NCBI GenBank assembly: GCA_951406725.2
Contig: OX597831.1
Span: 19,902,001 to 19,966,000, forward strand
Direction of reading: 5' to 3'
Origin: Octopus vulgaris
Lineage: Eukaryota
Length of the DNA stretch: 64,000 nucleotides
Position 1 is the stretch's first letter, and each line of letters starts with the position of its first letter. Of this stretch, positions 54,430-64,000 are shown piece by piece. A model generated the notes under the pieces. It made no database searches and was not told the DNA's origin. It worked only from the letters and a program-made list of their open reading frames with translations. The position numbers and the translations under genes are program-made.

Positions 54430-56485
54430 GAGATAGGGGTTGTAAATGCAACCCTCCATGGGATAACATATATCCAATATACTGCTAGTGAAGTACCCAA
54501 CAAAGTTAATACATAAATGTTAATGATTGCGATGCAATTAATTCATTTACTGTATTATATGGGCAAAGGTAAGATGATTTACCACAAATTACTAATACAA
54601 GATAAGAAAATGGAGAAATACATCTAAATCAAATATCAATTACCAGATAATACTCAATCACATACTTTATTAAACCACCACATAAGAGACTGTAGGGTTA
54701 AATATAAAAATCAGAACAAATCAGTGTACATAAAGGAATGTACATAAAAAAGTGTACATAAAAGAGTAATGTTGTATAATAAGTGGAATATATATAAAAG
54801 AGAATATAAATATAATTAAATATAAATATAAGTATAGATTACATCTTACAGCTGTTTCGGCCATGTAGATAGGTATGTCTCATTTTACCAATATTAGCCC
54901 TTTATGGTTGGTCAATATATAGATATAAATGAGACATTTACAAAAATATCATAAGGCCTCTTCGGAGATTATGTAATAAAATCAGTCTACATATATACCC
55001 ACATGGGTGTGGGTGCATACCCATAATACAACATATACATATACATATACATATGAGTGCATATACTCACACTCTTATACATATAAAAATATAAATATAC
55101 ATAATGATATAAATAAATAATATAAATTAGTAAACATATATATGTGTTCCACATCCAATGTCTCAGTTTTTCGACTTAATATTGTGATAATAAACATACA
55201 CAAATTAGTACCTAGATGCAAATATACATAGTCAATTGTACATTATATTACTTCGGCTAAATTTATTCTTACTCTTAGTGAATAGTCTATATATTACTTT
55301 ATGTATAGTTCTGACTATATCCGTTTTAATCTGCATTGCATATGGTATTATTAGCCATAGTGTATCATCATCACTATGTGGATTACTCCTCAAGTTGTTA
55401 TTCTTGGGAAAAACTCTATTATTCTTCCAACCCATATGCTTTCTACCCTTAGTATTGTCAATATAATGCCTAGAATTCCCCTTCAGATTGGTTTTATTAG
55501 TGACTTTATTGTTATTGTTATTCTTCTTATTATTATTGTTTAGATGAACTCCATTATTACCATAAATATTATCAATGTTATTATGCCTATTGTTAATATC
55601 CCTACTCCTAATAGTTCCACCTGTGTTCGAAGGATTATTATTGGGTATATACCAAATTTTATTTTTGTAGCCCGCCTTCAGCAATGCCGTGTTGTATTTT
55701 TCACAATGCTTATTGAATATGTCCTCGTTTGAGGATAGATAAGAGATTCTCTGACTAATACTTCTTACCAGTGACCTTTTAATTTGAGGTGGGTGATTGC
55801 TAGAGTAGTTTATATATACTAAGTTAGAATTAGGTTTAATATACGGTTCATGCATTCCATTAGTAAAGTTGCAATTGACATCTAAATAATTATCAGAGTA
55901 GTTTTTATTTTCAATAACTATGGATAAGCCAAAACTTTTTTAAAATTTATGTAGTCGTTTTTTCAGTAATTCTAGCCTCCTATTAGAAGTGTTTCTGACT
56001 GGAAATAAAGCGTCGTCCCTATATAGTCAGCCCTTTAATTCAGGGAATTCCCTATTAAGGTTATCGAGTAGATACATCCCCACTAGATCCGGCACTTCCG
56101 CTGAATCCGACGAGCCCATGGTTATGTCAAATAAATTAGGTGTGTCTTTTCTAGCCCATAGTTTGTTATCAAACTCTATTAATGTTTTTCTAGCTGTTAA
56201 GATAACCTTTATCTCCCCCATACTTAAGTTGGTATGTTTCCTAGCAAAAATTAAAGCCTTATTTAGTATAATAGGGTTGATGGAGGAGTAGTAATTTTGT
56301 ATATCAAATTGGATTAATTTATTGCTACTGCTATCACTGACCTGAAATGGAAAAACACCCAGGGTGCATTGGATTGGTTCTCTACAATTCAGGTTAGTGA
56401 TAGCAGAAGCAATAAATTTATCCAATTTGATATACAAAATTACTACTCCTCCATGAACCCTACTATACTAAATAAGGCTTTAATT
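54430..56485 (-). mobile_element. Penelope-like element: RT fragment, pLTR and 5' inversion
   Basis: IQFDIQNYYSSI, FDITMGSSDSAE, LYRDDA, YLDV, PYIKPN..YINYSSNHPP; 56249-56347 inverted at 56388-56485; no GIY-YIG motif seen. Confidence 0.88.
54843..54969 (-). ncRNA. type I hammerhead with large stem II insertion (U4C variant)
   Basis: ATCT-CCGAAGA-GGCC...(~92 nt)...GGCC-GAAA-CAGCTG-TA-AGAT. Confidence 0.62.
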
Positions 56486-56682
56486 AAGCTCCACGCGGTT
56501 CCGGAAAAAGTTAATGGCGAACTTCTGACTCTTTCGCCACAACTTTCTCTCACTCTTTCCTCCGGCAACTTGCAGCTCATCTGCGATAGACCGGCGTCCC
56601 GTCCAGGTGAGGAACCTATAGGCCAAGGAAACCGGAAAACCGGCCCTATGAGCCCGGCGTGGCTCAAGAAGGAACAAACAAC

Positions 56683-56743
<61 letters not shown>

Positions 56744-57269
56744 AGTTCCAATAATGAAGTCAAACCAAACTAATGTTTTGAAATAACTTCTTAGCGTAAC
56801 ACGATATGTGTGTATGTGTGTGTACGTGTGCATAAGTGTATGAGCATGTATATGTGAGTGTGTATGTGTGTATACATTTCTTGTATATTTCATTTATATA
56901 AAATTGGTAAATTGCTATTTGAGACCAAGCATTGAGTGGTTATATTATTAATCAGAATTTTGATTTCCTAATCAGGATTTTGATGTAAACGCACACAAGA
57001 AGAATAATTGATTACGTCAAATCAGACACGTATCTTACTTTATCGCTTGTCCCTGAAATGATAAAAGATGATGTTGACCCGGCAGGAATTGAACTCAGTA
57101 CGTAATGCACCAGAACCAATACCGTGCGGCATTAATTCAGACGCTCTAACAGTTCTACCACTTTATAAATAGAGAAACTAATCTGATGGAAATTAGTCTT
57201 TTATATGGTTCGTCAACTTGACTGTGTTAGGAGTATCGGACCGGTTTTCCGTTTTGTCTGGCGTATATA

Positions 57270-57842
57270 TACGAGGGTGAGTCAAAAAGTAATGCCATTT
57301 TTGTTTAGGACAGGTATAATTACTAACACAGGAACATGTATCATACATCAAAATGAAGCTGGTCCTCTGAGGATTACATCCCTACTTCTCAACATAGTCA
57401 CCGTTTCTCTCAATAGCAATGTTCCACCTTCGAATGAGAGCATGTATCCCTGCCCCGAAAAATTCTGTTGACTGTTCTTTGAGCCACTTCTTCACTACAG
57501 TTTTCACTTCCACGTCTCTGGAATTTTTTTAGCACCTTCAGACTATCATCTCTTTGGCTCCATGAAAGAGGGTTTGAGAGGCAAACATTATTCCAGTGAT
57601 GAGGAAGTGAAAACGGTAGTGAAGAAGTAACTCAAAGAACAGACAACAGAATTTTACGGGGCAGAGATAATGCTCTCATTCGAAGGTGGAACATTGCTAT
57701 TGAGAGAAACGGTGACTCTGTTGAGAAGTAGGGATGTAATCCACAGAGGACCAGCTTCATCTTGATTTATGATACATGTTCCTGTGTTGGTAATTATACC
57801 TGTCCTAAACAAAATGGCATTACTTTTTGACTCACTCTCGTG
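57270..57842. mobile_element. mariner-derived fold-back MITE nested in a SINE
   Basis: ~170-bp inverted arms beginning TACGAGGGTGAGTCAAAAAGTAATG; transposase C-terminal remnant APSDYHLF...RWNIAIERNGD. Confidence 0.88.
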
Positions 57843-58356
57843 CCTCTCTGAGTGGACTGGAGTAACATGAGATGAAGTGTTTTGTTAAAGAACACAATGC
57901 ATCGCCGGGTCAGGAATTGAAACCACAATCTTACGATCATGAGTTCATCACTCTGACTACTAAGCCATGCACATCCTTTTATGCAGGTATCGTTAATGCA
58001 GTTACGGGTTCAAAAAGTTTGGTTTGCAAATGTTCCTGATGAATTTAAATACTGCACTTTTTTGATACTAACTCGTCTGAGCCCGCCCTTGGTTGTATGT
58101 TAAGAAACCTTCTCGTAAAATAAAGTATTCCAAGAAAACTTCATGCTAATTTGTGTTTCAAGCACCAATATAAAACGACAAAATTGTTTTAATAAATCTT
58201 CCATTGGTTTCCAAATTAAAGGAAATTAAAGGCAGAGAACAACTGAGAGTCAGAAGCTGTATCTGTCAAACAGAGACACGCTGTCTGTCTGTCTGTTCGT
58301 TTGTCTGTTAGTCCCTCTACCTAACAGTCGATCTATTCGTCCATCCCTCACCCTTT

Positions 58357-58438
<82 letters not shown>

Positions 58439-59888
58439 CCCCTCTCTCTCTCTCTCCATACATATATATATATATCTGTCCGTCTGTCCGTCGACTTATC
58501 TGTCTGTGTGTCTCTGTCCGTCGACTTTTCAGTCAGTGTGTTTCTCTGTGTCTATATTTTGCTTTCTTCCTTAAGTAACACTTTGAAGTGTATTGCATAC
58601 CCACGTACAGCAATCTCTCTCACCGCACCAACTATTGATATATCTATCTCAAGTGATGGAAAAAGTCATTAACCATCGCCCCCCCCCCCACACACCTCCC
58701 GCAACATCTTTAATCAGTCTACCTCCGCAATGACCACTCGTATGATCATCCGTATAACTCCCGAAGACGTAGTCTTTGATATCAGTCACTAATAGATCCT
58801 TTCCCTTCAGAAATTTATAGAAAATATTCTTGTTGCATTGGACATCAGCATTGCATTCCACTGTGTCTGACAGAGAAATCTCTTGTCAAAACTACTCGAT
58901 TTTGAATCTTCTCCAACCTATCTCTCACCTCGTAGATCTGTGGTTTCCTGTCAGATTGCACAGATATGGCGTGTGCAGATGGAGCTAACTCTATAAACTC
59001 TGGTGGACCCCAAGGTTCATTTTTACATCTCACAATGTTCTACTTGCCTTTACCTATAACAACCCCTATTCATATGAAGATGGTACTAATTTCCTCCCGT
59101 CCATACTCAAGCGCCATCTTTGTGAATCTTAGACGCTTTACAACACACCATCACTGAGTCCGGGGACGGAGACCTCGGGAACATTCTTTAATCAGATCAA
59201 AACATTTCCCTCCTTCGACCACACAAACACGAAACATAGTTCACCTCAGTCTAAGCAACAACCAAATTCTAGGCTTTGTCATCACTGAATAGTCCTTTTA
59301 ACGATCCCAAATGCTCTGCAGACTAATTACTGCAACACAAAGACTTACCTTTTTCCTCAGGACCAGAAAACAGTTCCACTGACAACAAGAACATAAGTAC
59401 TGTCAAATATTTTACCAATTTATTATAAAAACGCCTTACTCCAGTACATCTTATTTCACATTGGTTAACCTCGACAGGATTTGAACTCCAGGCATAGAGA
59501 GTCAATGTGTGGTGGCAAATAAAAGAATGATTATTATTATGATTATTATTATTGGTTTTAAATTTAGGTATAAGGTTAGCAATCGCAGAGAAGGGGAAAG
59601 TCGATTACATCGACCCCAGAATGCAGATGGTACTTTTTTTATCGACCCCGAAAAGATGAAAGCTAAAGTCGATCTCAGCGGAATTTGAACTCAGCCTCAG
59701 AAAATAAAGATGGACGAAACGCCACTAAGAATTTTGTCCGGCTTCCTAACGATTCTGACAGCACTCTTCTGTCAGCTCATCACTTTATCTCCTGTACTCA
59801 CATCGTTTACATTTAAAGTGTATAAATATATTTCGTTTTGTAAATAAATAAGTGCATGGGTGGCTGTGTGGTAGGTAGCTTGCTTACC

Positions 59889-61513
59889 TTTGTCGGAGAC
59901 AGACGTGTTTTTATGGTGGAGAGTTCTTGCTGCTTGATGTTACGTCTTTCGTCATGAAATATTGAACTTTGAGGCTCGACTACAGGTAGGCGTTTGCTGT
60001 ATTTTTTTAGGGCTTAGTGGAGTTTGTTGCCCTGTATTTAATATTTTTTGGTGAGCAACAGTCTCCACTCTGCTCCAGACATTTGCCTGCTTGTGGTCGT
60101 GCGTAAAGACTCACTTTGCAGTGAGAATTGTATTTTTTTGAGGAGGCGTAAATTAATTTGTTTACAAAAATTGTTTTTGTTTTTGTGAATTTCCACTGGA
60201 TTACCAAAGAGTACCAAGGCAGGAAGGACTATTTTTGCGACTGAAGTACCTGTATAATTACGGAGTTGCGGAATTGTGTTGCCGTGGATTGAACTGTCTT
60301 CCTTCGTTCTTTATTTCTGCTCTGTCTTTCCGTTCTTTGACAAGAGGCTGGGTGAGTGGGCTGCCACCCGGAATAGAGCCTGAGTGGATAGAGGATACTA
60401 TCCGCCGGGGTCTGGGTGGCAGCGGAGCCAGACTCTTGAATGTTAGAATGCTTCCTGTCGCTGATTGAGTGGGGTCGAAAGCAATTTTGATCCTATGGAC
60501 CCAATCAGCCAAAGATCTGGTCTTCCCAGATTTTCTAAAGATGGCCGGTTCTAGGTATCCGGTGACTCCTGAGGGACGCCCCCCACCAAGTGTCATCTGT
60601 GCCTGAAATCGGGTCACATCAAGCGGAAGCGCCCCAACAACCATACAAGGGCACTGGAAAAATTAATAGAGGAGGATGTTTTTCCTCCAATGGAGCTTCC
60701 CGAGCATATAGAGGAGGGAGGTGTAGAAAAAGTCGAGGAAAAGGTAGCCCCCTCGAAAGGAAAAAAAGAAAGGTGGACAACAATGGTTGCACACCGATGG
60801 ATCCCGTGGCGGCGGGTGGGAAGGAAGGACACACGGACAAGCCGGAGGTACCTCACTCTCCCGACTCGAAAAAGGGGAAAAAGAAAAGAATGAAAAGCGG
60901 GGCATCGCCGGCGGTTGCTGGTGCACCGGCGATATGTTCCGAAACCCCTTCGGTGGAACGTGAGCCACTGGAGGTGGGGAAGAAGAAGGCCCATCTCAGT
61001 GGAAATGTTGAAGAACATGTCATCTTGTATCTCAGTTGAGGGGCTGTAGAGAACTTTATAGAAAGTTCCTGTGATAGTCCTTACCTAATGGACTCGACTT
61101 GTATTCCAGAGTGGCCTCCGCAGGTGGCTGCTCGGGTACTGGGAGAAAGGAACCTTTATCACATAATGGGCTCCTTCTCAAAGGAAGAGTATAGATCATG
61201 TGTAAAGGACCCCAACTTGCGCTTGCTGGAATGCCTGCAGGAGGCAAAAATGTTTATTAAAGAATCATTGATGTAATTGTTTTCAATTGTAATGGACATT
61301 TTTGCCCATAAAAGTGTAACATATTGTAAGAGGTTTAATACCTCAGTTATTTTTTTTTTATGTTTTAGAGAAGCAAAAGTCAGCGGGCGCTTTTTGTCAT
61401 CTCCCATCCTTATCATCCTTGTATTATTATCATCCACCTCATTAATGTCCTTGTCCAGCCCGCAAGCTACCATACTCTATGTACTGCCTTTATGGCAAAT
61501 TCGATAAAATAAA
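59889..61513 (+). mobile_element. ORF1-only Tx1-derived retroelement, unit 1 (degenerate)
   Basis: flanked by GTAGCTTGCTTACC / GTAGCTCGCTTACC; WVSGLPPGIEPEWIED, CHLCLKSGH, PEWPPQVA; A-rich 3' end; no EN/RT. Confidence 0.8.
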
Positions 61514-61527
61514 GTAGCTCGCTTACC

Positions 61528-63492
61528 CGTGGAAGTCGTCACGCTGGTTTGCAGCAGACGAAAATTGAATTTGTAAGACGTTCTACCGTAAGGTAAGACT
61601 TTTTGCTCTTTGAGTCCAGTAGGATTTGTTGCCTGTAGGTTTTATTTTTTGTACAAGCAAGGAGTCCTTACTGGATTCGGAGCTTTTTGTTTGCCGTGGT
61701 AGAGACGTGTGTGTGTTTTCTGATAATTGTGAGAATTTCTGTGGGGAGTTCTCTCCAAATTGTTTTTGAGAATTTTCAAGAACTGTGCCTGTGTGGAAGT
61801 CTTTGGGATTACACAAGGGATATTACAAATATTGAAAGGCCAGGAGTACCTAACGGCCGAAAATACTTTTCTTTGCTGTTGTTTGAACTCTCGTTTCCTT
61901 CATCTATCATTTAGTTGAAAAAAAAACTGTATTGAACTGTTATTTTTCTTTTTTCTTCCCTTCTGTTGAGTCTTTCTCTTTTTGTTTTTCTTTCTTAATT
62001 ATTTCAAAAAATTTTGTGGACTTTCTTTGGACTTTTTGTTATAAATGGCAAAGAAATTTATAGAGTGGGAGTTAACACCTCCCAAGTCATGGCTTAATGA
62101 GTTTGAAAGGAAGACGGTGGTATTGAGGGCTTATTCAAAGTCGCTCGATTCCATATCCGTCTTCCCGAAAGCTACAATTGTGAAGGAGCTGGCAGAATAT
62201 ATGCCAGCAATTAAGTATATTTCACGTGGGGTCAAATTTGCAACGGTTTGGTTGCTATTTGACTCCCCACAAGAAGCTTGCGAATTTGCAAGTCGGCCCC
62301 TCGAGGGCAATGAAATTATGTTCCTTCCCACTTATTGTGGGAAGAAGTTGACGAGGGCTTGGGTCTGCGGTTTGCCACCCGGGATTGAGCCCGAGTGGAT
62401 AGAGGATTCTATCCGCCGGGGTCTTGGTGGTAGCAGTGCCAAGCTGCTCAATGTAAAAATGCTACCTACGGCTGATTGGGAGGGGGCAAAAGCTGTTTTA
62501 ACCCTATGGACCCAATCAGCCGAAATTCTGGTGATGCTCGAGGGATCCCCCCCCCCAAGTGTCACCTGTACCTAGAAACCGGCCACATCAAGAAAAACTG
62601 CCCAATGACCAAAATAGGGTCCTGGAGCAGTTAATAGAGGCATCACTCCCTGCTCCCTCATTGGAGGGAGAGAAGGAGGAGGATGTTTAGGAGGTGGAAG
62701 CCTCCTCGAAAAAGCGAAAGCGAAAGGTGGGCAACCCACCGAAAGACCCCAGCGCTGCGGGAGGAAGGGAAGACCTGCTGGACACAGCAAAGGAACACCA
62801 GCCTCCCGCGGTCAAGGGTAAAAAGAAAAGAAAAACAAAACAGGACATTGCCGGCGGTTTGTGACATGCTGCCGGCGTGTCCCGATGCTCCTTCGGCGGG
62901 TATGCCGCTGGAGGAGCAATTTGTGGTCCTCTTTCACAAGGGAGGGACATTGCAGAGTGTAATTGGCAAAATTGAAAGGAAGGGCCGGTGGGAGGGGCTT
63001 CTGTCCTGCACGGAGGACCCTGAGTGGCCTTCGCAGGTGGCTGAGGAGGTCATGTGGGAGACCGATCTGTGCAGGATAATGAACTCCTTCCCGGCGGACT
63101 CCTTCAGATACATGATGAAATGTTCAAGTTTGAAACGGACCAGGTGCTTCAATGAAGCGAGGAGCCTGGTCCGACAGAAGAGTTGAATTGCTGGACATTT
63201 TTGTAAGAGGTGTATTACCTCAAAAAGACTTTGTTTTTTTATATATAAAAAGTAAGGGGATTATTGCCTCGCGTGTGTCGATTTACTGAACTGTGTAAGA
63301 GGTTTATAGCCTCATTATGTGATTTAAAAAGAAAAGGGAACAATGTTTTAGAGAAGTGAAAGTCGGCGGGCGCTTTTCTCTTCTCCCATCCTTATCATCC
63401 TTGTATCATTATCATTCATCTCATTACTGTCTGTGTCCAGCCCGCAACCTGCTCTCTGTGTGCTGCCCTTGTAGCAAATTTAATAAAATAAA
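61528..63492 (+). mobile_element. ORF1-only Tx1-derived retroelement, unit 2
   Basis: ORF1 62045-63186 (frameshifted) is homologous to ORF1 at 18701; 3'UTR shared with unit 1; followed by GTAGCTTGC. Confidence 0.85.
62045..63186 (+). pseudogene. Tx1-type ORF1 protein, frameshifted at a poly-C run
   Basis: LTPP, KTVVLRAYS, RGVKFATVWLLFDS, IMFLPTYCGKK versus LVPP, KIVVYKVYS, RGARSATVEAHFDS, IMLLPTYMGKR; knuckle CHLYLETGHIKKNC. Confidence 0.85.
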
Positions 63493-63501
63493 GTAGCTTG
63501 C

Positions 63502-64000
63502 GTCGTGGAAAGACGTGTTTTTTTTTGTTTTTTTTGTTTTTTTGGCGGTGAGTCAAACGTTTTGTTGCACGTGGATAATTTTTCTATTGTTGAATGTTTA
63601 TTGTTGAATATTTTCGTGAACTTTGAAAATTTTTGTTGAAATATTGAAATTATTAATATTGAACTTATTAAAGCAGTTGTAGGCTTTATTGCCCCCCCCC
63701 CCCTGCGGAGGTGGCATTTGAACTGTTATCCTCATTAAGAGGAAAAAAATATTATAGGTTTCCCGTTTTATGGGATAAGCAAATTATTATTGCGATAAAA
63801 ATTAAATTTTAGCCGTTGTAGGCTCTATTGTGGCATCCGCCACTAGCGTGGGCGAGATTTGAACTGTTGTCCTCGTTATGAGGAAATAAAATTATTATAG
63901 GTTTCCCGTTTTGGGGGATTCTATATTTTATTATTGTGTGAAAAAAAAAAATTAATTTCGAACGTTGTAGGCTTTGTTGCTACGTCTGCCCCCCCCCCCC
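63502..64000 (+). mobile_element. 5' end of a third stacked element with ~140-150-bp tandem monomers
   Basis: starts GTCG...AGACGTGTTTTT like unit 1; repeats begin GTTGTAGGCT near 63677, 63815, 63964; runs off the window. Confidence 0.65.

Noticed and set aside
58630-59370. Possible minus-strand coding remnant (VVLTRDFSVRH)
   Set aside because: Only a faint resemblance to a LINE endonuclease; too decayed to call
59875-63501. Recurrent 14-nt motif considered as a CRISPR-like repeat
   Set aside because: Spacing is 1.6-2 kb, the context is eukaryotic and there are no cas genes; explained as target-site duplications

Overview
AT-rich, microsatellite-dense animal genomic DNA. The SINE/LINE repertoire suggests an octopus or other cephalopod (inference, not searched). 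Most of the ORF track is noise from (TA)n/(CA)n/(TACA)n. One spliced host gene, missed by the ORF track, runs on the + strand. Its coding exons are 4742-4752, 27015-27136, 36070-36260, 40502-40621 and probably 44387-44404, giving a ~153-aa divergent BCL-2-family protein with a Bak-like first helix, an acidic WEVD/S caspase-type site upstream of a BH3 helix, a BH2 Trp and no clear tail anchor, i.e. Bid-like. Its introns and flanks are packed with transposons: hAT MITE, Tc1/mariner, RTE, CR1-group LINEs, Ty3/Gypsy, Penelope-like elements (PLEs) and SINEs. Two retroelement systems stand out. (1) A non-coding ~352-nt hammerhead-ribozyme repeat (retrozyme/PLE pLTR-like) carries a full-length Tx1 LINE inserted with a 17-bp TSD ending 2 nt upstream of the ribozyme, and the empty target is preserved in an inverted copy next door. 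(2) A head-to-tail stack of ORF1-only (HAL1-like) Tx1 derivatives is inserted repeatedly at the same 14-nt site in a SINE head. Several further minimal or variant hammerhead motifs occur in PLE-type repeats.
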